A stretch of 64,000 bases of DNA from an uncultured Planctomycetota bacterium (GTDB taxonomy: Bacteria; Planctomycetota; Planctomycetia; Isosphaerales; Isosphaeraceae), in assembly GCA_963823665.1 (NCBI GenBank), contig CAWGMQ010000004.1:1312001-1376000 (forward strand). The letters are read 5' to 3'. The notes under the pieces were generated by a model. The model made no database searches, had not been told where the DNA came from, and saw only the letters and a program-made list of their open reading frames with translations. The position numbers and the translations under genes were made by a program. Shown here in pieces: positions 20,001-28,685 of the stretch (positions are counted from its first letter, which is position 1; each line of letters opens with the position of its first letter).

Positions 20001-20217
20001 CGATGTGTGTGCCGTGATCGGCTCGAGATGTGCCATCTTTCTTTCGTGGATACTTTGCGCGATGATCGCTACGAATCCATTTACATTGGCATCCACTCCG
20101 AATTCATCATCAGGAGAGCATACATCGTGCGACAATCGCTGCATCCTTCGAGTTGGTGGAAGATCGTTCTGGGCGGGCTGGCTGGGGCGGCTGTTGTCAG
20201 CGGCACTCCCTGGGTGA
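13957..20217 (+). CDS. Giant surface protein, segment 6: DUF11-like, TolB/PD40-like beta-propeller repeats, Calx-beta, Ig-like, three FN3-like modules and a Lys-rich C-terminal domain (true end probably near 19990)
   Basis: 'PSISADGQYVAFLSDA' repeats, 'ATSGTDYT....VTFAAGETSATVTIPI', 'PTSSVNPLPA..SFTVSWSG' x3. Homology with the upstream paralog ends at 'TITPS' (~19975); the remaining tail overlaps the next gene. Confidence 0.82.
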   Translation: MVVATSTLGALEDTASVIASQPQSVAGDNQVTVDTTVGPSANLAVTIESPPTSAVQGGDLTYTVKVTNSGPASATGVTLTEGSLAGQGVVVGATASQGTVNVADPLVADLGSLAVGASATVTITAAPTSLGTFAPSFTAASNQADVLPANSTATLSIPVLSFEPVGVVAESSPNILVPAPYDPTAPLPAITPDGQFIAFSSTGSDIVPGIVDTGGYDNIYVLDGATGITTLVSSNAAGTATGNGNSTDPSISADGQYVAFLSDAGDLANGVSNGSGNTGGSGITNLYVRDLLTNKTTLASATTAGTLSLAGIVASATMSQSGQFVVVDSDIPKLVAGENDPAGVSQVFVYNVQTGATRPVSENAAGTGAGNAGSSVDAISGNSQFVLFDSSATNLVSGLSTPDGGVFRQDLLTGQTELVSINSEGTAAGNGTFASGESISDDGNLIAFRSDATDLVAGTISYTSSASELSNIFVRNMETATTQLVSIDPTGTEANNTTAVGGTMSGDGTEIAFYSDASNLLPSNGPTINGIQLFVRNLTTGTTSLASVTTTGNSDQQAFPINPPLTVSLSDDGRYLLFVSASNELVPGNFHNNSGLMVLIRDLLAGTTSCVDVGPNGNPTAGANGGEISGNGQYVVFGTGAGGLVQDAGNGGLFVRNLTLGQTQAIALVPDSVNVEPVGGPYSEIFDGGEDPTYTQNVALSADGSEVAYASFGTDLTPDIFEPADEAENVFATNLSTGATTLVSAGPSGADETGLDPSISADGQKVAFESGPEVYVPNLSTGLVTEVSEDAAGTGDGNGGSELPAISANGEFVAFLSEATNLVSGITSGYIAGDYNVFVRNLTTGVTQLVSVDSAGTAPANNITQTFNDDTFPVLPPQISADGSLVLFFSEATNLVAGVTETVPVNNVFVRDMVTGVTQLVSETDAGTAAGVNDPTPLGGGLDPGLLAPPAMTPDGQFVVFVSKANNIVPGISDPSGTANVYLRNLQTGVTTLVSVDPAGTAAGNGDSGYNDFFIGGVVQSAPAVSPDGEFVAFWSTATNLVANGPSAGLYVRNMQTGQTTLITDIRDYDSTLAFSSNDQLVFASSGALVPGMQAGGSTSNVFVYNALSGALRLASTTTAGLGGDGDSIAPVISSEGSTVVFVSGASDLVPGVTPNFANITPNTCLYVYNNTISSEVEQFAFSSPIYSVVQNQASATITIQRLFGNSGTATVTFSTANGTATSGTDYTGGSQTVTFAAGETSATVTIPIDSESAFTGNRTVDLTLSNPSAGAALGTQPTAVLDIDGNGISGRDDAVEGTVSSGGNTYDYTAALNGVLTVGLFPCGGDWTLTVTDAHGNSSSSSGSGYQEVDLLATAGEVYTINVSSESAGGTFTADVINLISRVQTGAGDVLQVSGGGDPLNIGIGTNDVQSTGTGDPLDMVISSPLLPADTDYAASTLSRSNLLGTAPFVGVQAVDFLSDDSLFLDPSVTLPVTVSGVATVTANTTAGASVTFNPLASDGSIPLSVSAVTTPADGSATINANGTIVYTPKAGFTGTDTFQFTAADAFGGSGTATVTVTVTGQSNPGLPTSSVNPLPATESSASFTVSWSGSDVSGGGGIASYDVFVSDDGAPFTAFETNTTQTSATFNGASGHTYGFYSVATDKAGKVQPTPTAAQATTTVAASSASAPTSTVSALPAVTSSPSFTVSWSGSPGAGASSIVSYEIFFSVDGDLFAPLIQSTTNTSTTFTGEAGFTYSFFSVATNNLGLVQPTPSGAQATTTVSGSNSSAPTSTVNPLPAVTTTASFILSWSGAPGAEASKIVSYKIFFSVNGGPFTPLLINATLTSLTFTGVAGDTYGFFSVATNNLGLVQPTPTTAQATTTVIGPPPPVPPTIIGEKAIFTRKTNKKDKPVGSAVLAGFSLEFSASLNQATATNAANYELDTITTKKVKKRVKTILHPITSFKVSYSATSDSVNLTLLGKQTFPTGGQLTIVNRAPGGVEGATGALLAGKTVFAIAKKGRTITPSNERVTRADDVCAVIGSRCAIFLSWILCAMIATNPFTLASTPNSSSGEHTSCDNRCILRVGGRSFWAGWLGRLLSAALPG

Positions 20218-21137
20218 GCCGGGGCTCGCAGCAGGCTGCGCAGGGGCCGCTGGCCGAGAAGTTCTGGCCCTCGGAGTTCGGCGCGGACGACCAGCGCGGA
20301 GCGGCCAATCGGATCACGCCCGCGAAGGTCGCCGGCGCAGCACGCCTCGTGAAAACCGGACAGATCTACCAGTTGGGACGCCTCTACGAACAGGGCATGC
20401 CGATTCCGGGCAAACGGCACTTCAGCCTGACAATCCCGGGACTGCCGACCGGGCTGCCCACCGGGTCGAACAACATCGTCTCGAACGATGAGCTGGTCAG
20501 CGGCGAGATCGGCCAGGTCGGCACGCAGTTCGATGGACTGGGGCACGTGGGCGTGCGCATCGACAAGGAGGACTACTTTTACAATGGCAACAAACTCTCG
20601 GAGTTCGGTGATCCGTACGGTCTGAAGAAGCTCGGTGTCGAGAACGCCGGAGTTTTCTTCACGCGTGGGATTCTGCTTGATGTGTGCGCGCTCCTGAGCA
20701 AAGACCGGCTTCCGGCGGGATATGTCATTTCCCCTGCAGAGCTGGCTTCCTGTCTCAAGAATGCAAATCTGGAGATTCAGGAAGGCGACGTCGTGTTGAT
20801 TCGCACCGGCCACGGCAAGCTCTGGATGAAAGATAACGCGACCTACGGCGCCGGCGAACCGGGAATCGGACTGGATGCGGCCAGATTCTTGACCGATCGC
20901 AAGGTCGCGCTGATCGGGGCCGATACCTGGGCGATTGAGGCTTTTCCGCACGAGCGGGCCGACCTGGCGTTCCCGGTGCATCAGTGGGACCTCACGAAGA
21001 ACGGCGTGTACCACCTCGAAAACCTCGATCTGGAACAACTGGCCGCGGACGGCGTGCACGAGTTCTGTTTTGTGTTCAGCCCGTTGCGACTGAAAGGCGC
21101 GACCGGCTCTCCGGGAAACCCGATCGCCATTCGCTGA
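20127..21137 (+). CDS. Cyclase family (kynurenine formamidase-like) metal-dependent hydrolase with a probable signal peptide
   Basis: 'GQVGTQFDGLGH', 'GDVVLIRTG', 'GVYHLENLDLEQL', 'PLRLKGATGSPGNPIAI'. GTG at 20127 follows an AGGAGA RBS. Confidence 0.85.
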   Translation: MRQSLHPSSWWKIVLGGLAGAAVVSGTPWVSRGSQQAAQGPLAEKFWPSEFGADDQRGAANRITPAKVAGAARLVKTGQIYQLGRLYEQGMPIPGKRHFSLTIPGLPTGLPTGSNNIVSNDELVSGEIGQVGTQFDGLGHVGVRIDKEDYFYNGNKLSEFGDPYGLKKLGVENAGVFFTRGILLDVCALLSKDRLPAGYVISPAELASCLKNANLEIQEGDVVLIRTGHGKLWMKDNATYGAGEPGIGLDAARFLTDRKVALIGADTWAIEAFPHERADLAFPVHQWDLTKNGVYHLENLDLEQLAADGVHEFCFVFSPLRLKGATGSPGNPIAIR

Positions 21138-21144
21138 GCAACCC

Positions 21145-22210
21145 ATGAGCCGGCTTTATCGACCAGATTCCGTTTCGCAGCTTGGAGCCGCTCTGTTCGC
21201 AGCGGCGGGGGCGGGGGCGTTTGAGGCCCGCGCGACGGCGCGGTCGCTCGTCACCAGCAGCCTGATGGGACACGACTCACACGGAGTGATCCGGATTCCG
21301 GAGTATCTCGGTTTCGTGGCCGACGGTTCGATCGTTCCGCAAGCACCGCTCAGCGTGGAGCGCACGAGCCCGACGACGGCGGTTGTGGACTGCGGCCGCG
21401 GCTTCGGTCCGGTCGGCGCCGAGAGGGCGATGCGCGAAGGGATCGAGATCGCGAGAGGGCAACGGACCGCATGTGTAATCACGCGGCGTTGCAATCATGT
21501 CGGTCGCCTGGGCGCCTATGTTCAGCTTGCAGCCGAGGAAGGGATGCTGGCGATGGCGACGTGCAACTCGCCGATTCACGGGCATGATGTTCTGCCGTGG
21601 GGGGGTCGTGATGGACGACTGGGGACAAACCCGATCGCCTATGCCGTCCCCGCTGGCAGCGTTCCGGTGCTGGCGGACTTCTCGACCTCCGTTGCGCCCG
21701 AGGGCAAGATCCGGTTTTGCCGCAACGAGCGGAAATCCGTGCCGGCCGGCTGGATTCTCGACGCCCTTGGCAACGCCACGAATGACCCGAATGCGTTCTA
21801 CGGTCCTCCGCGCGGGGGCATTCTGCCGCTGGGGGCCGGCGCCGGGCACAAAGGCTTCGCGCTCGGTCTGCTGGTCGAAATCCTCGGCACCGCGCTTGCG
21901 GGAGTCGGCTCACAAGACCCAGAGGCCTTCGGCAACGGCGTCTGTTTTGTCGTCGTGGATCCAAGTGCGTTCTGTCCTCTCGAACAGTTCCGGCGGCTCA
22001 TGGACGAAACCATCGCGTACATCAAGTCGTCACGGCCGGCGCCGGGGTTTGACGAAGTACTGGTGCCGGGCGAGCTGGAGTTCCGGACGCTGCTCGCGCC
22101 AGAACGACGGCATTCCCATCGACGCGACCACGCTCGATGCCATGCGCAAACACGGCGAGCGGCTGGGCGTGCACGTCGACGGATTCCTCGATCCGGAAGG
22201 TGACGAATGA
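21145..22210 (+). CDS. Ldh (LDH2/malate-L-lactate dehydrogenase type 2) family oxidoreductase, frameshift near 22095
   Basis: 'GHDSHGV.R', 'NHVGRLGAY', 'GTNPIAY', 'GHKGFAL', 'VLVPGE'. The C-terminus 'GIPIDATTLD..' is in an alternate frame whose stop overlaps the next ATG. Confidence 0.85.
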
Positions 22211-23316
22211 GTGATGCTCGACCACTGCGACTGGGTATGTTCGTCATGCCGATTCATGATCCGGCCAAGGAGCTCGCCCAGTGCATCGACGAGGACCTCG
22301 AGCTGGCGGTGCGATGCGAGGAGCTGGGCTTCGACGATTTCTGGGTCGGCGAGCACCATTCCTCGAGCGTCGAGAACATCGTGATGCCGGAAATCTTCCT
22401 GGCAAAAGTGCTGGGATTGACCACGCGCATTCGCGTTGGACCGGCACCGGTGTGCCTGCAGTACCACCATCCGGCGCACGTCGCGGGGCGGCTGGCGTTT
22501 CTGGACCACATGTCGCGGGGCAGGCTCAATGTTTGCTTCGGACCGGGAGCCATCCCGACGGACATGGAGGTCTTCGGGGCGCACCCGAGCGAGACTGCAT
22601 CGCGCGTCGCCGAATCGATCGACATGATCATGCGGTTGTGGACGGGCGAGCTGCCGATCGACATGCAAGGGCGGTTCTGGAACGTGAAAATGAAAGACAA
22701 CTTGCATCCCAGATTCGGCGTGGGCCACCTGCATAAACCGTTTCAACAGCCGCACCCGCCGATCCATGTTCCGAGTATCAGCCGCGCCTCGCCCGGGCTC
22801 GCGAAAGCGGCCGAACGCGGTTTTCGGTTCATCAGCCACCACATGATCCACGCAAGCGCCTTGCAGGCCCAGTGGAAGACATATTCGCAGGCCGCGGCCG
22901 CCGCAGGCCGCGTTGCGGTTCCGTCGGACTGGGCCGTCGCGCGGAACGTGTTCGTCGCCGACACGACCGAAGAAGCCCAGCGTCTGGCGAGAGGCAATTC
23001 GCTGGGCTCGTGCATCCAGTACATCCTCGACCTGACCCGGGCGACCGCGCCGGCGGGCGTCGCCATGTGGAAGCGTGACGAGCTTCAAGCCGATTCGGAT
23101 TGCACACTTGATTACTTCCTGGACGACGTGATCATCGCGGGCGATCCCGGGCATGTTACGCATCGGCTAGTCGAGTTACGCGAAGAGATCGGCCCGTTCG
23201 GCACGCTGGTGCTGACCGCGCACGACTGGGACGACCGCAACCGGTGGTCTCACAGCCTTGAACTATTCGCCCGCGAAGTCGTGCCGGCGCTCCACAAGGG
23301 AATCGATGCGGCGTAG
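22207..23316 (+). CDS. LLM-class (luciferase-like) flavin-dependent oxidoreductase
   Basis: 'GFDDFWVGEHHS', 'HHPAHVAGRLAFLDHMSRGRL', 'KPFQQPHPPI', 'SLELFAREVVP'. Confidence 0.9.
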   Translation: MSDARPLRLGMFVMPIHDPAKELAQCIDEDLELAVRCEELGFDDFWVGEHHSSSVENIVMPEIFLAKVLGLTTRIRVGPAPVCLQYHHPAHVAGRLAFLDHMSRGRLNVCFGPGAIPTDMEVFGAHPSETASRVAESIDMIMRLWTGELPIDMQGRFWNVKMKDNLHPRFGVGHLHKPFQQPHPPIHVPSISRASPGLAKAAERGFRFISHHMIHASALQAQWKTYSQAAAAAGRVAVPSDWAVARNVFVADTTEEAQRLARGNSLGSCIQYILDLTRATAPAGVAMWKRDELQADSDCTLDYFLDDVIIAGDPGHVTHRLVELREEIGPFGTLVLTAHDWDDRNRWSHSLELFAREVVPALHKGIDAA

Positions 23317-23335
23317 GGTCGTCCCACCCAGCGCG

Positions 23336-24436
23336 TCACTTCGAGTGGCCGTGCTCGGGGGTTGCCGTTTCGTAGTGCTTTCGCAGCAAGTCGACACCGA
23401 AATCGTTTTCGAAGTCACGCCAGACGCTGTGGACGTGGTTGGCGTTGTTCTGGGTGTTGTCGTACTCGATCAGGAAGGTCGGCCCCTGGATACGGTAGTA
23501 GTGCGGCTCGCCTCGCTCGAATGGTCCGGCCCACGCGAAGCCGATCTTTTCGACCCCCGCCTTGAGGATCTTGCCCAGGTCGTTGCCGGCGATCTCCGGG
23601 CGTAGGCGTTCCGCGTAGAGGACGATGATCGAATTCAAGATCTCCTTTTGCGCGGCGTTCAGATCAGGCATCATGATCCCTGCCGGCTGAAGCGGCGTGG
23701 CCTTGCGGGCGGCGAGGGAAAGGATCTCCTTCGGCGCCTCTACTTGAACGACCGCCTTCTTGCGCTGGCCTTCGTCCAGCGATTTGACGAGCTTACGCGC
23801 GAGGTCCTCTTCTTCCCCCAAGACGCGAAGTCCCTGGCGCGGCCCGGCTTTGACCTCGCCGGGGTTGCTGCCCATGAATGTCGGTCCGCCGACGGCGCCC
23901 TTGTCGCCGATGATCGTGAAATTCAACGCGAGGTGGTGGCCCTCAACGCGCCAGCCCCATGGCTCCTTGGAGCCGAGTGCCTCCGGGTTGCCGAAGATGT
24001 TGAAGAAGTAGAGCTCCGGGTCACGGACAGGGCCTCTCCCTTGCTCGATCGACGCCAGGACCTGCTCCAGGCTGATGATGGTTTCCGCCTTCATGAAGCC
24101 GCTCTGACTCAAGCCGCTGGCGAGGAGTGCGTGCGCCAGAGCCTTCTGCTCACCCGTCATCTCCTTCAAGGGCAGGCCCTTGCGGGGCCGGGGTATGAAG
24201 TGCCAGTCGAAGCGGAGCGCGTCTTTGAAATCAAAGGTGATCTTCTGCTTCTGGTCCGGAGTCAGCGACGACCAGAGGTTCCTGGCCGCGCCGGCCATCT
24301 CACGGGAAGCCTTCGCGGCCGGGGCTTCGTGGGTGTGTGGCCCGAGGCCGTCGTGCGCGGAGGCGAGGGTGGAATGACCGTAGATCGTTGCGATCCCGAG
24401 GGCAAGTGCGAGGGAGAAGCGTCTGGCGGGTGACAT
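23336..24436 (-). CDS. DUF3500 domain-containing secreted protein
   Basis: 'WHFIPRPRKGL', 'PWGWRVEGHHL', 'HYYRIQGPTFLIEYDNTQNNANHVHSVWRDFENDFG'; N-terminal signal peptide. Confidence 0.88.
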   Translation of the reverse strand: MSPARRFSLALALGIATIYGHSTLASAHDGLGPHTHEAPAAKASREMAGAARNLWSSLTPDQKQKITFDFKDALRFDWHFIPRPRKGLPLKEMTGEQKALAHALLASGLSQSGFMKAETIISLEQVLASIEQGRGPVRDPELYFFNIFGNPEALGSKEPWGWRVEGHHLALNFTIIGDKGAVGGPTFMGSNPGEVKAGPRQGLRVLGEEEDLARKLVKSLDEGQRKKAVVQVEAPKEILSLAARKATPLQPAGIMMPDLNAAQKEILNSIIVLYAERLRPEIAGNDLGKILKAGVEKIGFAWAGPFERGEPHYYRIQGPTFLIEYDNTQNNANHVHSVWRDFENDFGVDLLRKHYETATPEHGHSK

Positions 24437-24638
24437 CGCGGATGTTCCTGGTGAGGGTGGGTTGTCGAACATCTTCGTCGCTCATGATACCACATCGGCG
24501 GATCAAGTCATCCTGTTGGCAGGCGACCTTGCGGCACATGATCCGGAAGTTGCAAGTCGCACGCGTATTTCTACTCGCGCGTCTCTCACACTGTTGTAAC
24601 GCATCGTTTGGTCTTTCCTGTGGTTGATCGATCAAGGG

Positions 24639-24884
24639 TTAATTGCTCAAGTTGAACGTGGCCTTCAGGCTACTGTCGCCCGGATCGGCGGCGGTCACGA
24701 CGTAGCTGCCTGCGATTGAGTTGGCCGTGGCCGTGACGCTCCCCTCGCCGGCGGAATTGGTCACAGCCGAGCTCGCGCTCGCCACGCTGAATACCTCGGT
24801 GCGGTTGTGTCCGCTGATCGTCAGGCTGCCGGCACCGGGGCCTTCGATATCTAGGTTGGTCCTGATCGCACGCGGTACGTCCAG
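24639..24884 (-). pseudogene. Remnant of a surface-protein gene
   Basis: My translation of an unlisted minus frame: 'TNLDIEGPGAGSLTISGHNRTEVFSV...VTATANSIAGSYVVTAADPGDSSLKATFNLSN*'. There is no start codon and an in-frame stop lies upstream. Confidence 0.6.
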
Positions 24885-25067
24885 TCATCGTTCTGAAGAT
24901 AGAAAGGCGCGATCCGACGGCCATCTATCAGAGGACGCCCAGTTTTTTCCAGAAGACCCGCGCCGAGAGAATGGATGGCGAGATGAAGTCAGTGCGATTC
25001 ATCGCCGGCCGGAAGAATTGCATATTGATCGTCGCTCGACCGCACCACTCCTGCTCCTGCTTTTGCT

Positions 25068-25130
25068 CATAATCTTAATCTTAATCTTAATCCTAATCCT
25101 GCCCCCGCCCTCCGCCCTCCGTCCTCACCC
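25068..25130. repeat. Simple tandem repeats (TAATCY)n followed by C-rich heptamers
   Basis: 'taatcttaatcttaatcttaatcctaatcct' then 'ccgccctccgccctccgtcct'. Confidence 0.7.
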
Positions 25131-25135
25131 CAAGT

Positions 25136-26366
25136 TTCGTTTTGTATATTCGTCGCGCGTCTTTACGCCACAAGGACTACGGGAACGCACTCGCTTGTTC
25201 GGCGCGGGTCTCCGACCCCGCCGGCATTGCGGGCGGAGGCCTCCAACTTCTTCCCCGTCCAACCTCGCGGTCTTGTTCGGCGCGGCGAGTCATCGTCATC
25301 CGTTGGCAGTTGAAGGTCGCTAAATGTAGTTGGAATCGTGGTCTCGTCCAGAAGGAATGGATTCGGATGAAGAAGCGCGCCGTGAAGCATCCCGAGTAGG
25401 TCTGGCTTTTTAGCCTGACGCTTTGCAAGATCATCCCGAGCAGTAGGTCAGGCTTTCAGCCTGACCTTCTGCAAGCTCACACTTTCAGCCTGAGATGCGA
25501 ACGCTTTGCTCCTCGAATTCCCGGTTATTGGACAAGACCTCACCGGTTCCGGCGCCGCCAACCGAGCGCACGCACGGCTCCTATCTAGATGATCTACAAA
25601 ACCCCCGATCCGTTTGCGCCGAAGATGTGGTATTCGTCCATTTCGAGTGAGATTCCTCCGCCCTCCGTCCTTCGCCCCCCGTCCTGATTTCCGCCTCCGC
25701 CCTCCGCCTTCCGTCCTGATTCCCGTTCGTTTTGTAAATTCGTCGCGCGCCCTTACGCCACAAGGACTACGGGAACAGCGCCCGGCGGTGCCGGTCACTG
25801 CGATCCTCTCTCCGTCCCGCGCACTCGTCCCGGGCTTTGGCTCCTCCAATCCAAAATCCAAAATCGCTCGTCCCCCGCTCGGGTTCGTTTGTGAGTTCCA
25901 GCCACGTTGTCAAGTCCCATTTCGTTTTCATTCTGTGATCCAATCACAATTCGAGTCTCAACTTATGCATTCCCAGCCACCTGAGCCCGCTGGGTTCGTT
26001 TGCGCGTTTTTCGCCGCCGATGAATTTCGCCTTCGGATTAACTCGAAGCCGAAAACTCGCCCGCGCGCACCCGCCGTTGCCCCAGCATTACCCTTTCAGT
26101 GTCGCCTTTCGCTCCGCGAAAGTGCGTCTTCTCGTTCCCTCGCACGCATAGAGAATGATCAGAATGAGAGTCAGTGAGCAGTTTTTCGAAAAATCCTCAT
26201 CGCCCTCCACTCGCGGCTTCGATCCCGCACCGAGCCGTCAGCAAGTGATAAACCCGCGGATGGATCTCACCATCCTCCATGTTCAACGGTCCACCCCGAC
26301 CACCCAATTCGTTTTGTACATTCGTCGCGCGTCCTTACCCCACAAGGACTACGGGCAAGCACTCGC
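25136..26366 (+). repeat. Three dispersed copies of a ~50-59-bp motif at 25136, 25726 and 26308
   Basis: Consensus TTCGTTTTGTAHATTCGTCGCGCGYCYTTACSCCACAAGGACTACGGG; spacing 590 and 582 bp. Confidence 0.85.
25388..25493 (+). repeat. Tandem GTAG-type REP-like palindromes
   Basis: 'gtaggtctggctttttagcctgac' and 'gtaggtcaggctttcagcctgac', each preceded by 'catcccgag'; a partial third copy follows. Confidence 0.65.
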
Positions 26367-27119
26367 CCCAAACCAGGTGGCGAGCCGCGCGGCGAATTCG
26401 AAGCTGACACCTCGTCCCCGCCCCCCGTCCTCCCGCCCCAGAATCGCCACCGCGCAGCCGGCGAAGCGCTCCACCCCAAGACGCCGCGTCAGCCGCGCTT
26501 CGCAATTGCACATGTGAAAACGGCTTCGGTCGATCCATCAGCTTCTTTCCCCTGGATCAAAATGATAACTTTTGATAGCAAAAACCAGGGCTTCTTCCGC
26601 TCTCCCGGCTCGCGGTTCTCAGCCCGGGGCGAAGAAGAGCGCTGTATCCCTCCCCCAACCGGGGCAGTTGCCGCCGCAGGCGGCGGTAGGAGGTGTGCAG
26701 GCGGATGGCTCCGCAGCCCGACGGTGTTCTCGTCTCGTCGCCGAAGCCGCCGGTGGAGGGCTCCTGCATAGTCAAGGGATCGAATGACGATCATCGGGAA
26801 TGACGCTGAGAAAAAGACAACTCGCGATGTGGTAATGGATCAGATGAAATGAAAATCGAGCCCCGGATCAACCAGCATGGTTGCTTGCCCAGGGTTACGT
26901 TCCGCGTCGCGACGCCTTTCCAGCCATCCGCGACGACGACGCACCTTCCCCTAGTAATATTATGTGCGGGTTTTCGAAACTTGGCCATTTCTCAAACGCA
27001 CGTTCGATTTGCGTGAAAAGCGCAAGTTCAATAGAGATGGGTAATTAACTGCTGAGAAGTCTCAGAACGATGTGCCGGTTCAATACGCTTTGAAAAGTGC
27101 CATCGGTCAGAGCATGACG

Positions 27120-27480
27120 ACCGGCGGGTTGCACCCAACCTCAGTGCGTAAGCCATCGAGTGTGCGACCTTGTGTGACGGCTTACCAGATTCGACGCGCC
27201 GTCGACCGGGAGATTTCCAGAAAGAATCCGGTTTCCAGCGATCAGATCGAGTAAGGAAGAAAATTCATTCTGTATTCGCGCGCCGTCGCGGGCGCCGTGT
27301 GAACACGTGGCTGGCTGGATCAAATCCGCACCGGAAAGATCCCGGCAAGTCTCGCCCTGGGTCCGAGGACGCCAGAACCTGAGCTCGCGGCTCGGGCTGA
27401 CCGCCAACGCTGTTTTGCTGCGCCGATCGACCCCGCACGGCGGCAACGACGCCATCGTAGGGTGGGTGAAACCCGCCGGT
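27120..27480. repeat. Two inverted copies of a GTAG-type REP-like element
   Basis: 27120-27141 'accggcgggttgcacccaacct' is the near reverse complement of 27459-27480 'agggtgggtgaaacccgccggt'. Confidence 0.6.
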
Positions 27481-27626
27481 CTCTCAAGGTCGAATAAGAC
27501 TCAACCGCCGAGACCGCGTGCTGAGCGAGTACACAACGGCTCGGGGCGCGCGGCTGTGGGTGATCACTCGTCTAGACGGGATCGGTGGGACCACCGTTCT
27601 CCGGCCCGAAGAATATTGAAGGGCCG

Positions 27627-28025
27627 CTAACTTCCGGAGCGACGTCGAAAGATCAGCCAATCCCGCGGCCCCTTCCGCACGAACCGAATCAGCGAGTAGG
27701 TGCCATCCAGTCGATTCCCATGAAGCACGAACCCAATCGAGTCATCCGACCATTCGAGTAATTCGTAAGTACCCTCATCCCAGATCTCGACAGTCCCGGC
27801 CCCATATTCTCCCTTCGGGATCGTCCCCACAAATGATCCGTATTCCAGCGCATGATCCGGAACCTGCACGGCCAGATGCCGCGCCCCAAGGGTCTCAGGC
27901 ACTCCCTTGGGCACCGCCCAGCTCTTGAAGACCCCGTCTCTCTCCAGCCGGAAGTCGTAATGCAACGTCCGCGCCCGGTGCTTTTGCACAACAAATCGCC
28001 GATCGGTTTCCTCGCTAGGCGTCAT
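27627..28025 (-). CDS. Stand-alone LigD 3'-phosphoesterase (DNA polymerase/ligase N-terminal) domain protein
   Basis: 'RFVVQKHRARTLHYDFRLERDGVFKSWAVPKG', 'LAVQVPDH.LEY..F.G.IP.GEYGAG.V.IWD.G'. Confidence 0.9.
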   Translation of the reverse strand: MTPSEETDRRFVVQKHRARTLHYDFRLERDGVFKSWAVPKGVPETLGARHLAVQVPDHALEYGSFVGTIPKGEYGAGTVEIWDEGTYELLEWSDDSIGFVLHGNRLDGTYSLIRFVRKGPRDWLIFRRRSGS

Positions 28026-28083
28026 CGATGACCTCCGCTGGTTTCAGACCCCCACATCCTAACGCGGCGAGGCCGCAGCGGAC

Positions 28084-28250
28084 CTCCGACGCCGCCTCAT
28101 TGTCGCCCTTCGCTCCGCGAAGGGATTTCTTCTCTGTTGGGCGCGGGTTTCCGACCCCGCCCCATTGTCGCCCTTCGCTCCGCGAAGGGATTTCTTCTCT
28201 GTTGGGCGCGGGTCTCCGACCCCGCCCTCAGCCGCGACCGTAGGTCTCCC
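28084..28250. repeat. BIME-like tandem array of two REP-like types (65-bp period)
   Basis: Two copies (28098, 28163) of 'cattgtcgcccttcgctccgcgaagggatttcttctctgttgggcgcgggtYtccgaccccgccc'. Related single units occur at ~25196 and ~26100. Confidence 0.8.
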
Positions 28251-28289
28251 AGACGCGCGCACGGCGCAGAGATCCTACCGACGAAGACT

Positions 28290-28685
28290 CTACGGCTCCG
28301 GAGGTTTTTCCTCGGTAGCGAGCTTGATGAGATCAACAATCGAGCGAATCGATTGCGGCGCTGCCAGATAGCCAATGCCTCGGTGCAGATGCAATCGAAA
28401 CTGGCGTGCCAGAACGTCGTCTGAACAACCAAGCCCGTCCCGTTCGCATCGCTCTTTCAAGAGCGCAAGATAAAGCTCGTGAGCATCGCCACCGAAGACC
28501 TGCCATGTCATCTCGACATTACTGTCGGTTGGTATATCCAGGGGCGCCGGCGGAGTCGGCTGGCGCAGCGAAAGACAGAACGCCCACCGGCAGAGTACAT
28601 TCCAGTGCGGAATTCCCGTGCGCGTCTTGAGCCGCATTAGTTGCTCTTTCGCCTGCGTCGCAAGCTTGAACTGTTTGATGCTCAT
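28290..28685 (-). CDS. dndE: DNA sulfur modification (phosphorothioation) protein DndE
   Basis: 'QAKEQLMRLKTRTGIPHWNVLCRWAFCLSL', 'DSNVEMTWQVFGG', 'FRLHLHRGIGYL'; start overlaps the dndD stop (ATGA). Confidence 0.92.
   Translation of the reverse strand: MSIKQFKLATQAKEQLMRLKTRTGIPHWNVLCRWAFCLSLRQPTPPAPLDIPTDSNVEMTWQVFGGDAHELYLALLKERCERDGLGCSDDVLARQFRLHLHRGIGYLAAPQSIRSIVDLIKLATEEKPPEP

Noticed and set aside
19990..20217. C-terminal tail of the giant ORF as a real membrane anchor
   Set aside because: The paralog ends right after 'TITPS' and the tail overlaps the cyclase gene's RBS and start; it is probably read-through from an indel near 19985.
25136..26366. CRISPR array
   Set aside because: Only three repeats, with ~530-bp spacers and no cas genes; this does not fit CRISPR geometry.
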